Shown here: positions 49,991 through 62,003 of the stretch, piece after piece | How positions within the stretch are numbered: the stretch's first letter is position 1 | How the letters are laid out: every line of letters begins with the position of its first letter | From: Octopus vulgaris | Lineage: Eukaryota | DNA length: 64,000 nt | Direction of reading: 5' to 3' | NCBI GenBank assembly: GCA_951406725.2 | Contig: OX597817.1 | Span: 120,280,001 to 120,344,000, forward strand | Program-made: the position numbers and the translations under genes | Notes under the pieces: generated by a model | Database searches by the model: none | Told to the model about the DNA's origin: nothing | The model's input: the letters and a program-made list of their open reading frames with translations, nothing else

Positions 49991-52120
49991 GGTGTCTTTA
50001 TAGTGAGAGAGAGAAGGAGAAAAAAAGAGAGAGTGTGTGTATACAATGAATTAGATAGTTGATGAAAGAGGAAAATAGACAGAGTAAACTAGACAAATAT
50101 TAATTTCAAATGATATTTTCCCGAGAAAACATCAGCTGACTAATGCTTTCAGTAGCCAGAACTATTATCTTTGGTGCATTCACTTAGCTTTAGCTATGGT
50201 GACCTGATATATGCAAACTCATCTCAATGTAACCACCCTTGGGAAATTTATAATGTTGTACAAATTGTTCTGATGTTATTTGATGCTCTTAAAATCCATG
50301 GAGGGAGTTATTGGTGAACTGAATAGAAAGACAAGGAAATTTTTTTTACTGCATCTTTATTAGTTCCCAAACAAGAGGGTTTGTTTCACCATCAATGCAC
50401 ATAATGTTTATTTTATTAATTAATTTATGCATTTTTGTATTGTAGTAGTACAAGAAGTAATCAATAAGCATACAATATCATCAAAACAAGTCTAAAATGT
50501 AAACTTAAATGCCATTCCTGAAGTTTTCATATAGAAATATGGACAATTTTGGTAAAAGAGCAAAGGAATTAGGGGTAAATATTGATTTCTAAGATAAGCA
50601 CAAGGCTATACACACATTGAAGGGGAAAGGACAGTTGAGAAAGTCAATTAAACCAATTAAAATACTTCACTAATACTTAATCTTATGAGCTCTGAGAGAT
50701 GAAAGGTAAGTTTATTTTGGTGGAATTTTAATTTGGAATCTAGTGTTGCAACTAAATCCTGCAAACATTTTGCCCAAAACACTAATGATTCAGCCCAACC
50801 AACACCCTGTCACAGACAAAACTTATACAGGAAAATATTTTGGTAAGGTAGCAGTTTTAAATATTCTGCATACTGAACACAAAAGGAAAACCTTCAATAA
50901 TTATAATGAATTAAAATTCATTCAAACAGCTTAGAAAAACAAATTTAATTCTGAAAAACCTGCATATATTTTAAGTGTATATCAACAGATTTTTTATAGA
51001 ATTTAGAGCCAGCACTGAAAGTTACAATGTTTAATACACAAATATGTCTATGTAAACAATATGATCAAAGATAGAAAAATAGGTAATGGGCGTACATTTA
51101 TGCTCCTACTTCAGAACCACATTCGATCCATTAACTTTCCCCAAATACATTGCTTAAATAGCCATTAAGTTTAGCAGTGTAGTGCTATTGGATAGACCAA
51201 TTTAAATATTAAACTCATTCCTGGCAACTGGTATATATATATATGATTTGCCTAATAGTGGTTTTATCTCTAATTTAATATATATATATATATGTATATA
51301 TACATACATATATGTATGTATGTACAGATATATATATATACTAGGAGCTAAGCCTGGTTTCATCCAGTCGGTTTGGATGATGTGGCTGTAAAACCTGCTC
51401 TGTGTAAGCATTCGACTTGTTTGAGCATGCTTACATTAAAAAACAATTTTAGAATGACTTTTCTCTCTGAAAACGTTAAAAATAACTGACCAACAACAAA
51501 AAAAAAACAACCAAGATTCAACCAAATAAAAAAATAAACCCAAATACTAAGCAAACAAAAATGAACAATCCCACTTCCATTGTGCGTGCACACACACACA
51601 CACAAACACATTCACATACCCCACCTTTTACATACGCACACATATATTCACAGAGTTGAAATGCTGTTTGATTTATTTTTTCAGCGTACAATTTTCATTA
51701 TCCCAATACGAAGTATGACATCACCCCTTCCTTTCTCATTCATAAATACAAGACTATTATTATAGTAGATATAGAAATATATATATATTTCTAGGCTAGT
51801 CAAGCAGTACTGGCAATGGCCACGCTCAAATGGTGTTTTTTACGTGCCACCTGCACAGGAGCCAGTCCAGTGGCACTGGCAACGAATCTGAAACTGCATG
51901 GCTGGAAAGCAAACTTCTTACAACACAGCTTTGCAATTTGTTTCCTAAGCATTGAAATCCAATTGTTTGTAGTAAGCCTTAAATTGGTATGCACTCTCAT
52001 AACTAAATTTACTGAAGCAAAATGATGGGATCAGCAATCAAAACAAAACCTATATTTACATTAAGTGTGTATATATATATATATATATATCAAAGTAAGC
52101 AACATGGATATCCAGAGGTA

Positions 52121-52209
52121 ATGCAGTACGATCGTTTCATGCGACTCCATTTAATTGAACAATGCAAACATTACATCAATTTAAAATGTAGAGCAATCTT
52201 CAGGTGCAT
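52121..52209 (-). ncRNA. Type-I HHR with long stem II (left arm)
   Basis: AUGCAC-CUGAAGA-UUGCUC...GAGUCGCAU-GAAA-CGAUCG-UA-CUGCAU; palindromic stem III ACGAUCGU, GUA site; C.C mismatch at the base of stem I. Confidence 0.75.
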
Positions 52210-52375
52210 AAAAATATAGAACTTAGTTAAATTCGAAGGATTTTATCCACAGTTACAACTGTGATGTTGTTGATAAAACATGTTCTTTGTCTATCTACTT
52301 ATCCTCTTGGTGATTTTGGATAAAATGAAAATTATACAAATGAATCCTTCAAATTTAACTAAATTCTATATTTTT

Positions 52376-52464
52376 ATGCAGCTGAAGATTGCTCTACATT
52401 TTAAATTGATGTAATATTTGCATTGTTCAATTAAATGGAGTCACATGAAATGATCGTACTGCAT
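52376..52464 (+). ncRNA. Type-I HHR with long stem II (right arm)
   Basis: AUGCAG-CUGAAGA-UUGCUC...GAGUCACAU-GAAA-UGAUCG-UA-CUGCAU; perfect 6-bp stem I, intact core, GUA site. Confidence 0.75.
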
Positions 52465-53899
52465 TACCTCTGAATATCCTCGTTGCTTATTTTGATTATA
52501 ATTACCCCATTTTGAATTATATGGATAATACCATGCTGAATTCTGGTGTCTTTAACTTAAGTACCATATTCATCTGAATCTAAATTTTACTGAACTTATA
52601 TATATGCACACACATATATATATATGCACACATACATATATCTTTCACCCCTTTGAAAATCAGGTTCTCAAAATACATTGAATAAGTCTAAATTGCTTTT
52701 GACACAAGTACATTTAATGTAATAACCTCAAAAATTTCAAGTATGAAGAAACAAAATTAGCTTTATACCAAATAATAGTAAATTTGTTCCAAAATTAATT
52801 TAGCATGTCTAAATAATCATGGCATGTTAATAATAGCAAGTTAATTTTTTTTTTTGTGGGGGCGGTTACAAAAATAAGAAACTGAAACTAAATAAATAAG
52901 TTAATAAATAGCCATTTATTAACTGAACATCTTCTTATTAAACATATAATATCTTATCAAGTGGAAACTGAATTTAATTTTATTGAAATGATAATCAATA
53001 TACACATGGAATTTTTTCATAACTTACATGTTCTTTTATATTCTTTCACATAAATGATTTCCATGCATGTAATGCCTAGTTTTAAAATACACCCCCTGAG
53101 TAATTCAACTGCTTTAAGATTCTTTATTTTCTGTTCTTAGTTAAAACCATCTATATCAGTATTATATAATTATGTTTAGATTTCATAAATTTTTGAAAGG
53201 AATATAAATTACATATCAAATTCCATGTTTAAATAATGGTTTAAAATACATACAAAGATTCACATGTGTGGGTTTGATCATATATAAAATTCAGTGACTG
53301 CACACACACACACACACATACACAAATGTAATCTGTTTCTCAAAGGTAGGAGGCTGTGAAACTGGAAAGGGAAGCAGAGAAAATACGAATAACTGAGATA
53401 ACTAAACTTTTTAAGTTTGTCCAAATCTATGGTGACTGAAGAAGAGTTACATGAATATAAACTCTACATCGACTTCACAATAACAGTAGAGGAATGGCAG
53501 AAACTTAATTAATATTTATTGTCAAGGCCTGGTTATATAAGTTTGAGAAGCCCTACTAAAAACTTCAACATTGTGTAGTATTCTTTTTCTTTTTAAGTCA
53601 GTGGGTTTAGTTTAATCAAATCAACTCTAGTCACTTTTTTAATTTTAATCTGGTACTTGTTCTATCAGTGTCTTTTGCAAAACAACTACACTGCAGGCAT
53701 GAAAACAAACCAACACTGGTTCTCAAACAGAGGGATATAGGAAAGAAAAACACACACAAGATATATACATATTACTATATATATATATATGTTTGTTCAC
53801 TATATTTATTGGCTAAACTGGCAAAATGACCATTCCTAAATACAACAATATATACATACATATATACACACACACATATATGTATATATATACATATAT

Positions 53900-54110
53900 A
53901 TATAGTTCAAATTTACGGAAAGCAAAAAGATCGACAGATGAGGGAAGAACAAGCAGGTCTATTAGTTTGACTTTTGGGAAGGAAAAAGGTTTTGACATTT
54001 CAAGCTTATGCTCTTCAGCAGAAAGGGATGAGAGGGAAAATAGTGAGAGAGAACAAAAGAAACATGGAGAAAGAAAACAAAAAATGTAGGGATTAACAGT
54101 TTAATATGAG
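53900..54110 (-). mobile_element. Short HHR-bearing element, copy 3
   Basis: Minus strand 54026-53988: CCCUUU-CUGCUGA-A-GAGC(AUAA)GCUU-GAAA-UGUC-AAAA; (TA)n on both sides. Confidence 0.7.
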
Positions 54111-54124
54111 GGAATGACCAGAAG

Positions 54125-54200
<76 letters not shown>

Positions 54201-54994
54201 AGCCAAAACAATGCAAGTTATAAAAGAATAATACATGTCGATAGTTAAAGACATCGGTAATCAACAAATTCTTGCTATCAGTTTCCTGAACAAGGGATCC
54301 CAACACAAAACTTTAACCTTGGCACAAGACTGGTTATTTGTAAAGCAAAAGCCAAATAGTGATCAGCTGCTTTTGTGAGAGAGAGGAATCAGCTCCCATT
54401 CTGACCGCTAATTTATTTCACAAAAGGCAATGTTGATTTTGGTAGAATATGAAGGTCAAATGCATAGAGCTTGAGTAAATACTAGCATTTGTTTGTTACT
54501 AATGGTTACACCAACCAAATGTTTTTGTACTTTGTAGCATGAGACATGAAATTGGACATATATAAAAAAACATATAAAAATGAGCACTTAAAACAGATAC
54601 ATGCATGCATAAAATTATGAAGATAATATATATATATAATTAAAATAAGTTTAAATTAGATCAAGCAAAGGGTAAAAAAAGAAAGATAAAAGAAAATAAT
54701 AATTAAAAACCAATACTATAAACTGAATTTTTAAAAAATTAAAATACTTTAAAAGAAACCACACACTAAATCGATGGTAATGCAACAAAAAAATAATAAA
54801 TAGGCCAAAATAAAGTAAAATATATATATGTGTTTGTCCTATGTTGACAGATGAAATTTTATTTTGTTACAATTTTTATTTCTAATTATTCATCATCATC
54901 ATTATTTAATGTCTGTTATCCATGCTAGCATCGGTTGGACAGTTTGACCAGAGCTGGCAAGCTGGAAGGCAGCACCTATTATTATTATTATATA

Positions 54995-55230
54995 TGAGAT
55001 TTTCTTTTAACTTTAACTCTCTGCTTGTTCTGTGTAGAATTACTTGTAAAGAATTGGAGTCTGCAGTGAATAGCTATTTCATCATTTTTGTTTATTAACA
55101 AGATATAGCCAGCTTTCAATATCTCTAATATTTCTCTTGTAGAAAGAAGGCAATCTTTCCAATCACTATCACTTTGGATCAGTTTTGCAGAATTTGAAAG
55201 ATAGACCAGTCAAAGTTATAAATTACAACC
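54995..55230 (-). mobile_element. PLE GIY-YIG endonuclease C-terminal fragment
   Basis: YNFDWS/..KDCLLSTREILEILKAGYILLINKNDEIAIHCRLQFF matches the Naiad-type EN tail (YxIxWxI..CxLCxxEKLxI..LLNKRxE..CRH). Confidence 0.7.
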
Positions 55231-55569
55231 TATGATTTAAGATTAAAATTCTATTCAGAGAGAGCGGTAGAATTTTTCTAACTTTTACTTCAAAGTTTAA
55301 ATTAAACTCAGGTAATAAAAGTGAGAAAGAAAAGACACAGAAAGGAAAAACTATAATTAAAGACCACTAAGAGTATAAAATGAAATTTTTAAAAAATCAA
55401 AATAATTTTAAAACAAATCAAATGTTAAACCAAAGATAAATAAATAAATAAATAATACATTGATAAATCAAAATAAAATATATGATATGTAATTTATCAT
55501 CTGTTGATGTATTTAATTGCACTTTTGTGCAAATTTTATTTCTGATAATTATTACTATTATTCTATTAT

Positions 55570-56030
55570 TAGATTTTCTTTTAATATTAGGTTCTGTTTG
55601 CTTTGTATAGAATAACTTCTAAAATATTTAAAGAATAATATCTGCAGTAGATAACAATTTCATTCTTTTTCTTTACTAATATGGTGCAGTCATTTTTACT
55701 ATCTCTAGAGCGAATAAAATCTTTTTTCTTTTAAATTTTATTTGAACGTATAGAATACATCATTTCTGAGTTTGTACAATACATTTATATACTACACTAT
55801 TTCAATTACAATTTGGTGGGCAATAATCTGTTACTCCACAGTTACATTCAAATTTTTTGTCATTATTGCAATGCTTTTGTTATAAATGAAGTACCTGTAA
55901 ATTTTTGGAGCCACCAAAAGTATTATTTGTACATTCGCTTCTATAATTAACATTAATATTATTATCACTAGATATTGATATATTTAACTATTTGATTTAT
56001 CAAATGATAATAATGTATTTTTTCTCATAT
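55570..56030 (-). mobile_element. Second decayed PLE GIY-YIG fragment
   Basis: KFECNCGVTDYCPPNCN*NSVVYKCIVQT (CxCx5C plus VVYK), then ..LEIVK..LVKKKNEIVIYCRY; 3' part similar to 54995-55130. Confidence 0.7.
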
Positions 56031-56149
56031 CAATTTGTATATGTTTATGTGTAGCTATGTGTGTTTGGGTGCTTATGTATGTACACATATACATATGAAT
56101 TGTATGTTGATATCTGTATATGAATTTATGTATTATATAATCCTACTTT

Positions 56150-58085
56150 TTGTATCTTATTGGTTATCAATTAGTTATCAAACTTAATTTAGCCAATGAG
56201 GCAGAATCCTTTATACCTATAACATTCATTTTCGATATTAACCCTCTCAGACTTGGGACACTGTGTCTAACTTTACTCTCCACCTGGGCTCCTGAGCAAA
56301 AAAAATTAATAAATAGTTCCATATGCAGCTTAAGTGTAATGACTGCAGACAAACTAATAGAGAGAATCACAAAAAATTCAGGAGAATAACAATAATGGGC
56401 CTATCTCTCAACTACCATATTTGTTTGCCTAAATTGCCACTTTGCTCATCTCTTTAATCAGTTTGAGTGACTGTATCACTCTCATTTTCTGTGTAAGTGT
56501 AAACTCTTCATCCAAGAGAATATCATCAATAATTTCCTCAACAGTAAAGGGTCTAGGCCTTGCTCATTTACTAGACAAAGTGCTGGGTTTGTTATATGCT
56601 CATTCCATTGTAAAAAAAAAAGAATTCATAATTTTCTTAATTAAAACAAAAGTAAACAACAGCTTTGGGGGACACCATTGGCATGACAAGGTTAAGGATC
56701 ATAAACAAAACATATTACAAAATGTATCTATTAGGGTTTTAGCCCCTCTCAGTCATATATAGATTGTATCAGTAAGATGATCTTAGAGAATATAACACCA
56801 ACACTGAAAGGCTATATAAAATTATTTCAGTGGGATAATTGAAGTTATGTCATAGAATGGTTTGTTAGATTACAAAATAAATCCAAAACTATTTTCTTGC
56901 AATTTGACATTGATAGCTATTATTATTTTATACTTCCTACACTTCTTAAAAAGAAGTATATTTTCACTACTAAAACTTCTACTTTGACAGATATAGAGAT
57001 AACTTTTAGCAACTAGAAACTGGTCTTATTCTAGGATCATTACTGGACTAGAAAATATAGACAAGATAATTCTGATATTATGACGGCTTAACAGATTTGT
57101 TGGGATTATTCCTCTTAAATGAACTAGACAAAACTTTCCCGGATTAAGGTTGTGGGTCATACCATAAGACTCTCTTTTCACAACCATTAATTACTCTTCA
57201 TTTGATTTAGAACTACTTAGAAAATCCCTCTTTAAGTTCCTTAGGAATTATATCATCTCATTTCTCATAAGAATATAAAAGTTGTTAATTTCCTTGATGT
57301 AGCTCTAAATTCTGGTCTCTTATACCCTATTTCACTAATGAGACCTTATAGCATATAAATAAAAACTCTAACCATCCTAAAAGTGTAATTAATAGTCATG
57401 TTATAAATATATCAATCAAAATTCAAAATCTCTCACCTAATGAAAGAGTTTTTAATGACAATACTTCCTAGTATAATGAAGCCTTGACAAGATGTGGGTA
57501 TGAAAAGAACATAAAATATATGTCTATCACAAAACTAAAGCTTCTATTTAATCAAATAAGTGCACCTACTAATACTAATATAACTTCTGAGGTAAACTCT
57601 GAGAGTTGTAGGAGAGAAAACAATGTTAATTCCTCTGTAACTATGGATAATTTCTATAGTTCGAAACTTCCAACTATAATAGCTAGCCAACTTGATAATA
57701 ATTTCAATAACAATTTACCATGACATGAAAGCACATAATTATATAATGATAAGAGTAATAATACTGATAGTTCACTTATAAGTAGCATGACTGTTACTAA
57801 TGACCTTAGGTATAAATGTGAAGATACTAATGAGCTTAAGTATAAACGTAAACTATCCAGTTACTAGGAACAATATTCAGAAGAGTACTAAGAATTTAAA
57901 AAGTAATTTAGCTGACAGACATACTATTGTTAATTATAGAACTAATATATTCAATGTGTCCAGTGTGACAAATAGTAAGATAACTCTTAATAGCATCTCA
58001 TGTAGAATGGAGAATAATTCTTATGCAACTTCTACTGATGGTGCTCTATGAATACTAAATAATAAAAACAATAGAAGAATGTAAT
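56150..58085 (+). mobile_element. Decayed Naiad-type PLE reverse transcriptase, interrupted by a piggyBac element
   Basis: FIFDI|KDHKQN..IRVLAP..ISKMILENI..LFQWDN*SYVIEWF..FLQFDIDSYY..LLGLFLLNEL..KVVNFLDV..YINKNSNHPKSVI..YNEALTRCGY, then a long N/S/T-rich linker; may resume after the RTE piece (about 58535-58790). Confidence 0.9.
56242..56691 (-). mobile_element. Non-autonomous piggyBac derivative inserted at TTAA in the PLE RT
   Basis: TTAA at 56238-56241 and 56692-56695; ends CCCTCTCAGAC / GCATGACAAGG; decayed N-terminal frame ME*AYNKP..RPFTVEEIIDDILLDEE plus an acidic tract; removal restores the RT frame. Confidence 0.7.
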
Positions 58086-58532
58086 CCATCCATTGCTCTT
58101 CTTTACTCATTATTCCCGGGAGAGTCATGAGGGTAGAGTCTTTAGGCATCTCCTCAATATGATCCTATCAGTAGCAATTATCATTAGACTTTTCAGCTGG
58201 ATTCCCAAGCATGACCAACTGGGACTATGAATATTAGCCAACTATTGCATTCCTGGTCTACTACAAGGTTTCTTGCCAGTCTATTTGACTTGAAGGATCC
58301 ACGTTGCAATTCTTTCCTAAGACATTCTAATCATATGTCAGTAATATCAGAGCTGTAACCTATCAATGCAGAGAAATTGTGGCTTTACTTGGAGAGACTA
58401 CTTGATCTGCAAGATACACAACCCATTGAGACTGTCTGGAGGAACCCCATTTTGGCCTCTTGTATTTGCAATCATACCCTTTCAGTCATTACCTAAATTT
58501 CATGACCATAAGTGAGTAGAGGCACAAAAATC
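58085..58532 (-). mobile_element. RTE-clade LINE 3' fragment (Rex3/Expander-like)
   Basis: Minus translation IFVPLLTYGHEI*VMTE..IQEAKMGFL..IDRLQL*YY*HMIRM..GKKPCSRPG. Confidence 0.8.
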
Positions 58533-58803
58533 CAATTGAAGAAATATCATACAGTATGATATTCCACTCTTTATACCAGAAATATTATTCACTAATATGA
58601 AATGCAGTAAAAAATTTAGAAGTTAAGTTAATTTAAAAGAAAAACAATAAAGTTCTTAATACATATAGAACATACAGAACTTAGAAGAAATGAATTTATA
58701 ATAGCAACAGCTATAAAACTCAAGAAACTTAATCTTACAACGGACAAGATATATCATGCATTCCAGTTAGAACCAATGACCATAAATCCAGAAATATGCA
58801 TAT

Positions 58804-59220
58804 AGGCAGAGGAGTGGCCATGTGGTAAGTAGCTTGCTTATGAACCACATGGTTCCAGATTCAGTCCCACTGCATGGCACCTTGGGCAAGTGTCTTCTAC
58901 TATAGCCTCGGGCTGACCAAAGCCTTGAGTGGATTTGGTAGACGGAAACTGAAAGAAGCCCGTCGTATATAGTATATATATATATATATATGTATGTGTT
59001 TATATGTATGTGTTTGTATGTGTTTGTCCCCCCAACATTGCTTGATAACCGATGCTGGTGTGTTTACGTCCCCATAACTTAGCGATTCAGCAAAAGTCAC
59101 CGATAGAATAAGTACTAGACTTACAAAGAATAAGTCCCGGGGTCGATTTGCTTGACTAAAGGTGGTGTTTCAGCATGGCCACAGTCACATGACTGAAACA
59201 AGCAAAAGAGAGAAAAGAGT
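58804..59220 (+). mobile_element. SINE family A copy
   Basis: Colinear with 4346-4745. Confidence 0.9.
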
Positions 59221-59538
59221 ATCCTGTCCCAATACTCCTGACTAAACCATAAAAAAAAAAGAAAAAGAAACTTGAATTGTGATAAACAGTTCAAACAATA
59301 AGGTAGATAGATGCTCTGGACAATTAGTGCATAAATATAAAAGAAATATAATTTTCTCAATTACAAAAAGAAAATCCTGACAAAATGGTTTTTTAATAAA
59401 TTATAGTTAAGTGTTCAATGTGCCATGCCTTAAATAAGACCTACTACTAGTTTATACAAATATGTAATTGTATGTATGTGCTTATATGTATAAGATGAGC
59501 GTGTATGTATGTATGTATGTGTGTATATATATATATAT

Positions 59539-59834
59539 ATGCGCATGGCTCAGTGGTTAGAGCGTTGAGCTTACGATCGTGAGGTTGTGAGCTCGAATCC
59601 CGGACCGGGCTGCGTGTTGTGTGTTCTTGAGCAAGGCACTTTATTTCACGTTGCTCCAGTTCACTCAGCTGTAGAAATGAGTTGCGACGTCACTGGTGCC
59701 AAGCTGTATCTTTCCCTTGGATAACACTGGTGGCGTGGAGGGAGGCTGGTATGTATGGGTGACTGCTGGTCTTCCATAAACAACCTTGCCCGGACTTGTG
59801 TCTAGGAGGGTAACTTTAGGTGCAATCCCATGGT
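59539..59834 (+). mobile_element. tRNA-derived CORE-like SINE (family D), young, inserted in (TA)n
   Basis: gcgcatggctcagtggttagagcg..ctcgaatccc..gttcttgagcaaggcactt; TA repeats on both sides. Confidence 0.9.
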
Positions 59835-59900
59835 ATATATATACCCCTTATATATATATATAATTGAATGATGTAGCTAGTTAGTAGAGTTTTGCCAATG

Positions 59901-60270
59901 TCATTAGATATGACTGAAGGTGTTAGAACACCTACACTGCTAGAAATAAGAGCTAAGTGGATCTGTTGCTGCTGTCAATGCACGTATGAGTGTATACATA
60001 CATGCCAGCAGTGACCATAGATGGCCGGAAACTGGCAACTGTGATATCTCTTTACCATACAATTTCAGTTTTAGACTGATGTATCATCAGCAGAGTCTAA
60101 AGCTGGAACTGTACAGTAAAGAGATATTATAGTCACCTGTTTCCAACCATCTATGGTCACTGCTGGCATGTATGGATACAATTATATGTGCATTAACAGC
60201 AGCAACAGAGCCATTTAACTCTTATTTTTAGCAGCATAAGTGTTCTAATACCCTCTGTCATATTTAATGA
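59901..60270. repeat. 370-bp palindrome (arms about 176 bp, very short loop)
   Basis: 59901-60076 is the reverse complement of 60095-60270 (for example catacatgccagcagtgaccatagatgg / ccatctatggtcactgctggcatgtatg). Confidence 0.95.
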
Positions 60271-61672
60271 TTTATATATATATATGTGTGTGTGTGTGTG
60301 TATATATATATAGTCACATATATACACACAGCCACACATACATACAAGTACACACCTTTAAAAGTAATTAACACAGAAACAAACACACACATAAAACGAT
60401 TTGCCCATTCCATTATTACATAGCTATTTAATGCTCTTTTTAAAATTATCATTAAATACTTCAGGCTAGACTTTAATTGACCTCCCTTGTTCTGATTCAA
60501 ACTTACACTACTAAATTACTTTTAACTTCCCCTCTTCCCTCTCTTAATTCTAACTCCTTATTTTTCTTCATTTCTTTCTTTCTTTCTTTTTCCATCCATT
60601 TTTAATTCTTTTTTCAATTTCTTCTTTTATTTTTACTCGTTTTTCATCTCTCATTTCTTTTACATTTCTTTATCCTTTTCATTCTACTTGAACTATTTTC
60701 TCTCCTTCTAAACTTTTTTCACTTCCTCAGTCTTTTCTATTTCTATTCAGCTTCAACATTCTTTTCCCTCTTTCTTTTCTTCTCTGACATATATAAAGAC
60801 ATTTCGAAATTGAATGCACCATGTATGATCTGAATACAAAATATTTACCAATATCCTCTCATATGTGTGAATCCTACTCCAACCAGTAACTCAACCCTCT
60901 TTCTAAAATTAGTTTTGCATAAATACCTACAAATTCTGTATTTCAATCATTGGCTGAATAACTCGAATAAGCAGAAATGAACACAGTGTCTTGTGTTTGT
61001 CATATAACTCCTACAAAAAAACTGACAGCCAAATCTCTTGATTGACTCACATCTTACAACCATAAAAATGTTGGTATTTTATCAGAAGCAGCTTTGTACA
61101 ACATCTAATATTATGCTGTAACAGAAATTAATAAACTTAAGACATTGTCTGAATACTTTATAGTATTATACATCAGAAATAAATTAATGTGGAATTCAAA
61201 CTAATTTGACATTTCTAAGTTAATGCAACAAATAAAGATATTTATTTCAAATAAAACATTTATTACTTGACTGAGCAGTTGTAGCTAAAATAATCTCCAA
61301 TATGTACAATCTATTTGATAAAAATTATAACAAGACTATTTGACAACGATGTAGACCACACTAAAGCTCTTGTTTTACAATCTATAACTTAAAGACACAA
61401 TGTTAACATAACTGTTAAATACTTGAATGCTAACAAGGGAATCAATTTCTACTTTGTTTTATGATTTTCATTTGCTTATACCCATTTACCCATACACCAG
61501 AACTATATCTTAATATCATTGGGAAAAGACAAATAGTTTCACATCAAAAGCTACAAGTCAGTGAAATTCAAGCCAATTTTAAGAATCTTATTTGTAGGGA
61601 CAATAAAGAGTATGTTTTGTATATTTAAATATTACAAGAGCTTTTTTAAGGATATACCTTTTAGTGTTATTT

Positions 61673-62003
61673 TTCTTTTACTTGTTTCAGTCATTGGAGT
61701 GTGACCATGCTGGGGCACTGCCTTGAAGGGTTTAATTAAATAAGTTAACTCCAGTACTTTTTAAAAGTTGTGTGCTTATACTATTGGTCTCTTTGCAATG
61801 TAAACAAACCAACAACAGTTGTCAAGTGGTGGTGGGGAACAAATGCAATACAGAGAGACGCAGACACATCATATATACAAATATACAAATGTGTGTGTGT
61901 TTCTGCCTATGAAATCCACTCACAAGGCTTTGATCAGCCCAGGAAGACACTAGGTACTGCACAGTGGAATTTAATACCAAACTTCTTGCCCACACAACCA
62001 CGC
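61673..62003 (-). mobile_element. Decayed SINE family A copy
   Basis: tttacttgtttcagtcatt..ccatgctggggcactgcc..aaatccactcacaaggcttt. Confidence 0.8.

Larger units (their letters stand above)
52089..52496. repeat. Fold-back element (arms about 154 bp, spacer about 100 bp) near (TA)n tracts
   Basis: 52089-52242 is the reverse complement of 52343-52496 with scattered substitutions. Confidence 0.95.

Noticed and set aside
54995-55230. Possible MATH-domain host exon (GYILLINKNDEIAIHC)
   Set aside because: Better explained as a PLE GIY-YIG C-terminus; frameshifted and paralleled by the adjacent EN fragment.
56167-56620. Novel ORF or endogenous viral fragment on the minus strand
   Set aside because: Lies mostly within a TTAA-flanked insertion with piggyBac-like ends and an acidic N-terminal relic.
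56840-56842. In-frame TGA in the PLE RT (and one near 6116 in the EN) as selenocysteine
   Set aside because: These align with non-Cys positions; ordinary decay.
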